IMG/VR virus record: IMGVR_UViG_3300047550_001947
Span: 1 to 63,558 of that record
Direction: 5' to 3' (one strand)
DNA length: 63,558 nt
Origin: a virus
Lineage: Duplodnaviria > Caudoviricetes
Made by a program: the position numbers and the translations under genes. Below the pieces are notes generated by a model. That model ran no database searches. It was not told the origin of the DNA and saw only the letters and a list, made by a program, of their open reading frames with translations. Position 1 is the first letter of the stretch. Every line of letters begins with the position of its first letter. Shown here piece by piece: positions 45,561 through 54,669 of the stretch.

Positions 45561-48500
45561 TTACTTCTTCTTAGATCTAGCAGCTGCTGTAGCAAATGCA
45601 TCCTTATTATCACTAGTATCTCCAGTAAATGCTTTAAGCATAGCAATTCTTAAAGGATTCTTATCTTGTTCTTCAAGATCAGTGTAACCTGGAAACATAC
45701 TTTCAAGTCTAGCATCTAAGTTACCAGTCTGAGTTTTTGGTCTAAGTTTAAGTGCAGCTTCAGGATCATACTGTACAGATAATGAAGATGGACTAATATA
45801 ATACTGTGGATATAATTCATTTAATAATCTAGTGTTAAATAAATTATCCATAGCTCCAACTATATTCTGTTGTACAGCTTCTCTACCTTGTGTTCTAGCA
45901 TTATCATATTGTTGATTAGCTATAGCTGTCTTAGTATAGAAATCATCAGCAAATAGAGCATTCTTAAAGTTAGCTTCATTTGCTAATTGCTTATTAGCCA
46001 TTTCAAATTGATTAGCTACACCAACATTAAGATTATTATACCTACCCATAATATTAGCAGCATTAGCTAAACCCTTACCCTGTACATCAGAGTATCTTGC
46101 ATTAAATGCTTGTGGTCCGGTAAACTGTGCTAAATTTTGTGCAGCAATATTTGCCATCTCTGCATTAGCGGCTATCTCTCTTGTAGGATCATAATACGTA
46201 GGTTCAATATACTCAGGAGTAAACTGCACCTGTCTTGGTAAATATTTATTTATACCATACAAGTTTTGCATAGCTCCCACTGTATTTACTATATCCTGTG
46301 GGTATAATCCAATTGGTCTAGATCTATCTGGTCTTTTAGCAGAAAGATCTACATTTTGATTCATCTCTCTAATATCAGAACCCGCTTGTTCTTTTTTACG
46401 TTTTGGTGGTACATCAAACAATACTCTTGTTTCTGTGTACTTACCAGCTTTTGAATCTAATGCATTTGGACCTTTTTCAATACCTTTATCAAATCCAATC
46501 ATATTAACATATCTTGATGCTTCTTCAGGTGTATAACCAGCATTTTTAAATCTGTTATACATTTCTTTATTATATTTTTCTTGAGCAGCACCAACTTCAG
46601 TTGGATTATTCCAATTTATTTTTTTACCATACCATCCCCAGTTTTTATCAGCACTAGCTTTATCAAATCTACCAAATGTTCCAGTGGTACCTTTTTTCTG
46701 TAAAGATTCTACATAGTCTTCAGGTAAAATAAGATTTGGAGCCATAGATTTTAAAACTTTCTTCTCCTCATCTGTATAAGTTTGAATAGCTGGTTTATCA
46801 TTATCTTCTGCTGTTCTAACTCTTCTACTTCCTGGTATTTCAGCACCTGTTTCATCTAAAAGATATTTTTCATTACCATCATAATATAGATATGCTTTTT
46901 TTCCTGTTTTTTTACTAGTTCTTTCTTCAATAAAAACTTTAGAATTTGGATTACCTTGAGTTGTTTGTTGATTTTCTTGATCTGTATTCCACATATTAAT
47001 GCGGCCTGACCAAGTAGCATCAAAAGCAGGATTAGGATTTTCTAGAGTTCCGCCTTTAGTTGTTTTGTAAACATCTGCTTTTTTAGCATCTATAGTTTGT
47101 AAAAAAGAAGGATCTGTCATCATCTTTTCTATTTCAGGTTTAAACTCATTCCATTCACTTGTAAAGTTCTTTGGACTATTTAATTGTGATAAAGTAATTT
47201 TTCCTGCTGCATATAATAAAAAATCTTCTGGGCTACGACCTGTATTATATATATAATCAGCCATGCGTTCTTTTACACCTGCTGGGTATTGTTGAACTTT
47301 AGGAAGAAAGTCTTGTTTAAAAAAAGCTATAGCTTCTTCTATTGATTTTGGGTCACGAGAGTTGTACCCCCAGTTTGATAAACCATATGCATTTTTTTTA
47401 TTTGGGTCATAACCTCCTTTAGTTGCTTCATACTCAAGAATCTTTCTAATCCACGCATCATCGCTTTCAGGAGTTGAATTATTTAATCCATTTTGAGCCA
47501 TAGGTATACCACCATATTTTTTAGAATATTCATCATATATATCAGTAACAGGTTTTTCTTTTATTTTAGTACCTGAAGTTGTAGATTTTCTAGGAACATT
47601 TATATCTACTTGTGGCATCTTATTATAAACATCAGAAATAGCTGGATTAGTTTCAGCTGCTTTTTGTAAAGCACTTGATGAAAAATCAACACCTGTATCT
47701 ATTGCCTGTTGTGTATCTCTTGGTGTAAATCTATTTAATAAATCTACTTGTTCTTCTTCAGTTAAAGATCCAGGATTACTTGCAAAATAAGTTATTGCTG
47801 CTGCAGGAGTAAGACTTTTAACAGCATCCACAATACCTGGATTACCACTTATAAAATTAGAAAGTTTATTAGAAGTATTATATAATTGAGTTTTTCCCAT
47901 ATTTAACATTTCAGGTAAACTAGCTTCTCCTATAAGAGATTTTATAGGAGTAGACAAAGATGTTCCTAAATTTCTTAAACCACGAGCAACTGGACTTGCA
48001 AATGCTAATGAAACTGGATCAGTTCCATATCTTAGCATAGTAGTCATAGGACCTTCTCCATAATTTCTAGCATAACTAGTAGCCATTGGTTCATACTGAC
48101 CAGTTAATTGATAATTAATTATATTATTCCATTTAAGTGGGTTTATAAAATCATAGTTTCCTATCTTACTACTATTATATTGCTCACGAGCTTTTATAAA
48201 CTCATCTATAGAAGGTAAAGAAATATTAGGATTAACTGATTTCTTATAATTAGCATATGATTTATAATCATTAAAAATATCATCAGGATTCAAACCTTTA
48301 GAAGTTACATCACCTAGAACACTCATACCTATTTGAGCCATAGGTAAGTTACCATAGTTGTCCATCATATTCTGCTGGGATTGATCCGGCATAAAGCTCA
48401 TAGGATCTAATCCTATTTTCTCCATATATGGATTTGCAATATCTGGAATACCTTGAGGAAATCCTTTTTTAGATTCTTGTACTAAAGCAAGCTTACCAAG

Positions 48501-49670
48501 ATTAGAAATATATTTATCTGCATTCATAATTGCAGTTTTCTTTCTTAGTATATCTTGATTATCATACAAACCCTCTCTTAAGTTTTTATCATTAAGATTA
48601 AACTTCTTAGAAATTTCAGCGGGAGTATAACCACCCTTCTTAGCTTTTAAACCAAAGCTTGCTAAAAGTTCTGGATCTTTAATCTTCATAGCTTTTGTAT
48701 CTGAATAAATAAAACTATTTGGTGTAGCTTTATCTGGTCCTAATGGTGTACCACCTTCATAGTGTCTTTTACCACCAATTTTATAAAATTCAGGAATAGT
48801 AGAGTTCTCACCTGTCTTTACAAGTGTCTCTCCTTTTTCTGCTTCAATTACTGACAAACTTCTAGGATCAGCTTGAAGAGTTTCATTATACTCTTGCATT
48901 GGTTCCTGTTCTTGTCTCTGAGAGAACATGTTCATCATGTAAGCAGAGTTACCATATAACTGGTTAACCGCATCCTTATTTTGAGTACCACCATAAGCAG
49001 CCTGTGGTAATCCTGTAATTTTAACTTTTCTTTTCATTTCTCCACCCATCTGGGCAATTTTATTAAACTTACCATAAACATATTCATCTGGTCTAAACAT
49101 ACCAGTGTTTATATCATAGTCTCCTCTATTTCCAGAAATAGATTCTGGTCTAGAAAGATACATATTATCTGATAAAAATTGATCTTTAAATTTTCTTTCA
49201 GCACCTCTTTGATCAATTTTACTAATAGCAGAATTAACAAAAGCTAACTCACCCATTAACATTGGACCAAGCATTGAAAAAGGATTATTAGAAATATTTG
49301 GAATAGACTTATTAAAGTCTGAAGGCATTGGAGTTCCAGGAGCATATGCTGCATTAGCATCAAATCTTGTACCTGCAGGAGCAGCCGTATTTTGTTCAGC
49401 TAAATTTGCATAATAATCATCAGCAGTAATAGGACCCATTCCTGAAGGACTAAGTGACTTAGTAGGATTTGGATTCTTAGTACCACTAGTAATAAATCCA
49501 GGTTGCTTAACACTAAATGGATTATTAAATGCAGTTGGTCCAGCCGGAGGTGTACCAAACATATTCTGGTTCTTATACCATTGTTGCTGCTGTTGTGGTG
49601 TTAATACAACAGAAGGAACATTTCCAGCCTGAGCTTTTGGTAAGCCTTTGATTTTAATTTTCTTTTTCAT
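45561..49670 (-). CDS. Modular virion protein with GH108-like peptidoglycan hydrolase domain
   Basis: EAEKGE...GGKRHYEGGTP block; ILEYEATKGGY...SNWG...MADYIYNTG; repeated AQxG/xxxGG linkers. Confidence 0.65.
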   Translation of the reverse strand: MKKKIKIKGLPKAQAGNVPSVVLTPQQQQQWYKNQNMFGTPPAGPTAFNNPFSVKQPGFITSGTKNPNPTKSLSPSGMGPITADDYYANLAEQNTAAPAGTRFDANAAYAPGTPMPSDFNKSIPNISNNPFSMLGPMLMGELAFVNSAISKIDQRGAERKFKDQFLSDNMYLSRPESISGNRGDYDINTGMFRPDEYVYGKFNKIAQMGGEMKRKVKITGLPQAAYGGTQNKDAVNQLYGNSAYMMNMFSQRQEQEPMQEYNETLQADPRSLSVIEAEKGETLVKTGENSTIPEFYKIGGKRHYEGGTPLGPDKATPNSFIYSDTKAMKIKDPELLASFGLKAKKGGYTPAEISKKFNLNDKNLREGLYDNQDILRKKTAIMNADKYISNLGKLALVQESKKGFPQGIPDIANPYMEKIGLDPMSFMPDQSQQNMMDNYGNLPMAQIGMSVLGDVTSKGLNPDDIFNDYKSYANYKKSVNPNISLPSIDEFIKAREQYNSSKIGNYDFINPLKWNNIINYQLTGQYEPMATSYARNYGEGPMTTMLRYGTDPVSLAFASPVARGLRNLGTSLSTPIKSLIGEASLPEMLNMGKTQLYNTSNKLSNFISGNPGIVDAVKSLTPAAAITYFASNPGSLTEEEQVDLLNRFTPRDTQQAIDTGVDFSSSALQKAAETNPAISDVYNKMPQVDINVPRKSTTSGTKIKEKPVTDIYDEYSKKYGGIPMAQNGLNNSTPESDDAWIRKILEYEATKGGYDPNKKNAYGLSNWGYNSRDPKSIEEAIAFFKQDFLPKVQQYPAGVKERMADYIYNTGRSPEDFLLYAAGKITLSQLNSPKNFTSEWNEFKPEIEKMMTDPSFLQTIDAKKADVYKTTKGGTLENPNPAFDATWSGRINMWNTDQENQQTTQGNPNSKVFIEERTSKKTGKKAYLYYDGNEKYLLDETGAEIPGSRRVRTAEDNDKPAIQTYTDEEKKVLKSMAPNLILPEDYVESLQKKGTTGTFGRFDKASADKNWGWYGKKINWNNPTEVGAAQEKYNKEMYNRFKNAGYTPEEASRYVNMIGFDKGIEKGPNALDSKAGKYTETRVLFDVPPKRKKEQAGSDIREMNQNVDLSAKRPDRSRPIGLYPQDIVNTVGAMQNLYGINKYLPRQVQFTPEYIEPTYYDPTREIAANAEMANIAAQNLAQFTGPQAFNARYSDVQGKGLANAANIMGRYNNLNVGVANQFEMANKQLANEANFKNALFADDFYTKTAIANQQYDNARTQGREAVQQNIVGAMDNLFNTRLLNELYPQYYISPSSLSVQYDPEAALKLRPKTQTGNLDARLESMFPGYTDLEEQDKNPLRIAMLKAFTGDTSDNKDAFATAAARSKKK

Positions 49671-51364
49671 TAATCTAAGTATTCAACTGTGTAACCCATA
49701 TCTATAAGCTTCTGGATTTCATCATCATGTAGTTCTAAAGTGTCACCCATGTTAACACCAGCACCACCCATTTGCTTCTTCCAGCCTGCAGAATTTCTAG
49801 CAAAGTTAGCACGTCTAACTTGTTTTGCACTATAATCTTCTTTATTTGCAAGTACATGTTTAGCAAATTCTTGTACTCCCATACCAGCTCTATTAGCAGA
49901 CTCGGTAAACTTACCTTTGTTTGCAGGATTAATATAGATACCACCTTTTTCATATTTTTGACCACCGCACATATAGCAAGGCATTCCACCTTTCATCATC
50001 TCATATACATTAGTTAGATCCATTTCACCACCATACATATCTCCACCATAAGCCATATTAGCCATGATTTTATTTTGTACATAATCAGGTAAAGCTTGGA
50101 ATCCAGCATTCTGTGGTTCACCACCTTTTTCCCAAGTACCTAATCTTTTATGCCAGTATAATGGAGAGAAAGGATCTGTTGCTTTTGCTGAATCTTTACC
50201 ACCCATTCTGTTCCAGAAATTCTTCTTACGTTTTTCAGAACCATGTTGACTAAAGTCTTTCATACCAGTATAACCGCCATGAACTACTTTATACTTATCA
50301 CCCTTCTTAGCAAGTACCATCCATTTCTTACCTGGTCTGGTTGATTTCTTCTTTACACCAACTTTGTTAAAGCCCATGTTTTTATAACGCTGAGGAATAC
50401 CACCATTTTTCATTTCCTCCATTTCACCCATAGTGTATTCATCTTCTTCTTCCTCTTCTTCCTCACCTTCTAAGTCAGGATCATATTCTTGACCATACAT
50501 CATATAATCACTTACAGCATCTATATAATCATCTGCCATAGTAATCTTACTATTAACCCATGGTTCTAAATCTGATTCTACATTTATAAATTCTTTAAGC
50601 TTGTTAGCTTTTTCCATTATAGACATTAACTGCCCTAAAGCCATACCACCATCAGGCTCTCCACCTTTTTGCATAATTAATGGAATAGTAATATCTCCAC
50701 CGGCAGCCATTTGTGGCACCATAGGATTCATATATGATAAGCTTGGATCACCACCATAAGCATATCCATACTGATCCATCATATCTTGTTTACCAGCAGC
50801 TTTAAATCTAGCTTCAGCTAACCATTGGGGCATCTTACCACCATCTTTAAATCCAGAAAGTAATTTAGCAATACCTGCAATAGCTTGAGGATCCATTCCA
50901 GAACTTTCACCACTAGCACCTTTATCTTGTGGTTGCATAGCTTGGCTAACTTTCATAGCATCAGTGAAAGATCTTGTAGCATTTCCAAATGCATTCTCTT
51001 TAGCATTGTCTACAGCATCTTGATAAAATGCTTGCATATTTCCCATAGCCTGAGTATCATATTGCGGATAAGCAAACATTTGCTCCATTTGCATTCCATT
51101 CTGAGCTTTTCTATATCCTCCACCTCTGCGCTTGTATTCTTTTACAAGCCATGCAGAACCATAAGCTGAAGGCCACCTATCAAATTTAGATTTAGCTTCA
51201 GATTTAACACGGGAATATAGTGAAGGATTAGTGGGTACATTACCACCTTTCTTCATTTCTCTAGCTTGAGGATAGGCTTGAAAGAATGCTTCTTCTGTAG
51301 GAAACATCTTATAGAATTCCTGTTCATTCTTTACACCAGCCATTTTTAAAAATTTATCTTTCAT
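49670..51364 (-). CDS. Modular protein of small domains separated by x-x-x-G-G motifs
   Basis: MKKGG, FKDGG, YAYGG, MAAGG, MQKGG, MKNGG, WEKGG, MAYGG, MMKGG, YEKGG, KQMGG within 564 aa. Confidence 0.7.
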   Translation of the reverse strand: MKDKFLKMAGVKNEQEFYKMFPTEEAFFQAYPQAREMKKGGNVPTNPSLYSRVKSEAKSKFDRWPSAYGSAWLVKEYKRRGGGYRKAQNGMQMEQMFAYPQYDTQAMGNMQAFYQDAVDNAKENAFGNATRSFTDAMKVSQAMQPQDKGASGESSGMDPQAIAGIAKLLSGFKDGGKMPQWLAEARFKAAGKQDMMDQYGYAYGGDPSLSYMNPMVPQMAAGGDITIPLIMQKGGEPDGGMALGQLMSIMEKANKLKEFINVESDLEPWVNSKITMADDYIDAVSDYMMYGQEYDPDLEGEEEEEEEDEYTMGEMEEMKNGGIPQRYKNMGFNKVGVKKKSTRPGKKWMVLAKKGDKYKVVHGGYTGMKDFSQHGSEKRKKNFWNRMGGKDSAKATDPFSPLYWHKRLGTWEKGGEPQNAGFQALPDYVQNKIMANMAYGGDMYGGEMDLTNVYEMMKGGMPCYMCGGQKYEKGGIYINPANKGKFTESANRAGMGVQEFAKHVLANKEDYSAKQVRRANFARNSAGWKKQMGGAGVNMGDTLELHDDEIQKLIDMGYTVEYLD

Positions 51365-51369
51365 CTTTA

Positions 51370-54300
51370 TTATTTATATTGATCTAACCATCCACCATAT
51401 TTTTTATTTTCAGGATAGTACTCTGTAGTATATCCTTTTCCTTGAGTTATTTTTGCTTTAGTTACATCTAAATTATTTAAAGCTTTCCATTCATCATACT
51501 CTTTTTTAGTATTAAATAGCTTACGAGTTCCATCTTCTAAAACAACTCCATATCTATAATCTGAAGCCATTCCTACACCAGTTGGATACATATCCATATC
51601 TATATTAGTTGCTACTAAAGAAGGTTTAGTTGGTTCTACTACTGGAGCTGGTAAAATAGTTTCAACAATAGGAGTAGAAGTAACAACAGAAGTAGGAGTT
51701 TTTACTACTTTAGAAATTGGTTCTAATTTTTTATATACTTTTGGTACTGCTGGTTTTCTATAGATTACAGGTTGAACAGGTCTTGCATAAATAGGATTAA
51801 CTGGTATGTTATCAATTAAAACAGAATGTGTTGGTTTTATTTCTGGATATCTTGATACAAGCCTATTTCCACTATTATCAATATATTTTGTTTTATTTTT
51901 ATAGGGAACTATATTACTTCCAACAAAAATATTAGGATATTCTCTTACAGGTTTTGTTTGTGCATAAAGAAAAGCACTATCATTATAAGCTCTTAATCTA
52001 GGATCATTTAGATTAGATGTATATATAGGAGCTCTTACACCACCTATCTGATACTCCTCTAGCCAACCACCATTTTTTTGCTCTGGTAATTGTGCAATAC
52101 CTGCTGCACCAATTCCTATAGGTGCAGTTGCCCAAAGTCTATTAAACAAAGATGCTAATTTTTTAGGATCACTTTCTATAACATCAAGAAATTTAGGATC
52201 TATAAATTTTGCATTCTCTGGTTTTTGTATAATCCTTATTATATCTGCAGCTTTTTCAGGAGTAACCATTACAGATTGTTCTGGTGTCATTCCCAGAAGC
52301 TGTCTTAATTCCATAACTCTGGCATGTACTTCAGTTGGATCTGCCAAATAACCTAAATTAGCATTTTCTGTACCCATTACTGTAGAAGGATTTATACCTT
52401 GATCTCTTAAACTTTGCCAGTTTTTATTAATCTCTTTAATTTTATCTGGATATAACTTTTTTATATCATCAAGCTGACCAGACTCTCTTAATAAAAAATC
52501 AGAAGTCCAATCATGAGTTCCTTCATGAATAGTAGTAGATCTTCTCATTGGTTTAGACATACTGAGATTTCTACTAATCCAACTACTGTTTAATTTAGGA
52601 TTACTAAACATTTCTCCTATTGATCTAGAATATGGATCTCTACGGTGTAAATAACTTACACCACTATTACCAGAATGTATATGGGGCTGGTTACGAACAA
52701 AAAGATCTTTAAACTGTTCTGAAAAAGGATATTCTTTTGAAAGAGGTGTAAATGATTTAGCTTGTTCATAACCTAAACTAAATTGATCTTTTAATATATT
52801 ATTTCTTTCAGGAATCCAACCTAAATCAGTATCAATTTTAGCTTGAGTTATAGGATCATCTATCCAATTTTTTAACCATGCATTTCCTTCAGCAATTGCT
52901 TGTCTATTTTTATTACCACTAAGTGCTTCTCCTAAAAGCTCACGACTTAAATAACGAATATCAGTTTTATTTAAATTAGATAAACTTGCTGAAGGTTGTA
53001 TATCAGGAACTTGACTAAATACTATAGATGGATTATTTGCAAATTGTTGAACAGCTCTATACTGAGCAGGAGTAGCTCTTAAAAATTTAGATAAAGGTTT
53101 GATTGCCCCCTTCATAGTTGAAACTCCTGGATATAAAGTTAATGCATTTATACTAGCATCTAATAAATCAGAACCGGCTTCTTGAAAGTTTCCTTGTGCT
53201 AAATTCTTTATAGCAGAAAGTTGATTACCAGTTAAATCAGTTGCAGCAAATGCATACGTTGCAGGATTAACTACATCTAATACATAAGACATAGGACTAG
53301 CAGAACCTGTACGCTCTTTTTCTTGTTCTACAAATGATGCTGCCTTTTTAGCTTTTTCATAATTACTTTCAGGAGTTCCTGCATATATAACTCCAGATCT
53401 TTTTGCCGCAGCTTCTCTAGCTCTTTGATCAGCTATCATAGCTCTTGTAGCATCAGAAACATTTGTGTTAGGGGTTACTACTCGTGTATTATCTGATGTA
53501 CTCCTTACAGGTTCTTGGTAAGAAGTTGTAAATGCTCTACGTGATGGAGGTGTATAACTAAATCTACCACTTTGATATTGATCTAACCACCCTCCGTATT
53601 TTTTTTTAGTTTTAGATACTTCATCTTCAGCTGTATCAAAAGCATTTAATATTTTCTGCCAAGGAATTGCTTTGTAAGCAGTTTTTATTGAGTTAGGATC
53701 TAAGTATTTAAGTTTAACAAATTTACCTAAAGCAGGAACAGCACCAAACATATCTAATGCTTGACTCATAGATGGTAAAACTGAATTAGATTTTTTCCAT
53801 TCATTGTATGCTCTGTTTGCATCATCCCAAGAAGTATATCCTGTGGGATCAAAAAACTCAGCAATATTTTCCATAGTAGAATCTTCTTGACCACCAAGTT
53901 GTCTACGCTTATGGTTATAATCTATTCTTTTACCAGATGTCTTCTCTCTTTTGAATTTAGCTTTCTCTGCAGATGACATCTCTGATGTAGTTTTAGGGGT
54001 GGTTTCATTTACCCGCTTTTTAGGTCTGCATGCAGGATAAGGTCTTGAACCTTTTTCTTTACCTGATCTTCCACAAGGTTTACCAGTCTTTACATCTGTC
54101 CACTCTTCAGCAAACCATTGTGTAAGACCACCCTTACCAAACTCTTCTAATACACCAGTTCCTTTTTTATAGTTCTTAGCAAATCTTCTAGCTTGTCTAT
54201 CATTAGAAAACTCAATATACTCACCAGTTTGATTTGCATAATTATAAGCATTATCTCCTAAGTATTGTAAACTACCATCAGGCATCTGCACAACTGTAGG

Positions 54301-54669
54301 ATATACACGACCATCAGCACTTTCCATAAAGTGTGTAGCAGGATGAGGCTGACCAGGTATTATTATACTTGGTGTATTAGATTGATACATTCTTTGAACA
54401 AAGTTTAAATCTTTATTCTGATTAAGAATTTTATCAATTTTTCTTTTAGACATTCCACCAAATTGCATTTGTGGATACTCAGTTACATAGTTACCAGGAA
54501 ATGTATAATCTGCTCCTGGCATCATCATCTGACTATTACCTAAGTTATCTACTCCAAGGACTGGATACCCCACCCCTTTCATTGTAATAGAATTAGAGGG
54601 TATAATAGTAACCTCACCAGGGTATGCCCACTGGCCAAGAGAGGATACTATAGGTTTCTTTTTACCCAT
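51370..54669 (-). CDS. Modular virion-region protein with zincin-like domain and xxxGG linkers
   Basis: MQFGG, FGKGG, RQLGG, KKYGGWLDQY (twice), QKNGGWLEEYQIGG; HEGTH...YLADPTEVHARVMELR. Confidence 0.7.
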   Translation of the reverse strand: MGKKKPIVSSLGQWAYPGEVTIIPSNSITMKGVGYPVLGVDNLGNSQMMMPGADYTFPGNYVTEYPQMQFGGMSKRKIDKILNQNKDLNFVQRMYQSNTPSIIIPGQPHPATHFMESADGRVYPTVVQMPDGSLQYLGDNAYNYANQTGEYIEFSNDRQARRFAKNYKKGTGVLEEFGKGGLTQWFAEEWTDVKTGKPCGRSGKEKGSRPYPACRPKKRVNETTPKTTSEMSSAEKAKFKREKTSGKRIDYNHKRRQLGGQEDSTMENIAEFFDPTGYTSWDDANRAYNEWKKSNSVLPSMSQALDMFGAVPALGKFVKLKYLDPNSIKTAYKAIPWQKILNAFDTAEDEVSKTKKKYGGWLDQYQSGRFSYTPPSRRAFTTSYQEPVRSTSDNTRVVTPNTNVSDATRAMIADQRAREAAAKRSGVIYAGTPESNYEKAKKAASFVEQEKERTGSASPMSYVLDVVNPATYAFAATDLTGNQLSAIKNLAQGNFQEAGSDLLDASINALTLYPGVSTMKGAIKPLSKFLRATPAQYRAVQQFANNPSIVFSQVPDIQPSASLSNLNKTDIRYLSRELLGEALSGNKNRQAIAEGNAWLKNWIDDPITQAKIDTDLGWIPERNNILKDQFSLGYEQAKSFTPLSKEYPFSEQFKDLFVRNQPHIHSGNSGVSYLHRRDPYSRSIGEMFSNPKLNSSWISRNLSMSKPMRRSTTIHEGTHDWTSDFLLRESGQLDDIKKLYPDKIKEINKNWQSLRDQGINPSTVMGTENANLGYLADPTEVHARVMELRQLLGMTPEQSVMVTPEKAADIIRIIQKPENAKFIDPKFLDVIESDPKKLASLFNRLWATAPIGIGAAGIAQLPEQKNGGWLEEYQIGGVRAPIYTSNLNDPRLRAYNDSAFLYAQTKPVREYPNIFVGSNIVPYKNKTKYIDNSGNRLVSRYPEIKPTHSVLIDNIPVNPIYARPVQPVIYRKPAVPKVYKKLEPISKVVKTPTSVVTSTPIVETILPAPVVEPTKPSLVATNIDMDMYPTGVGMASDYRYGVVLEDGTRKLFNTKKEYDEWKALNNLDVTKAKITQGKGYTTEYYPENKKYGGWLDQYK

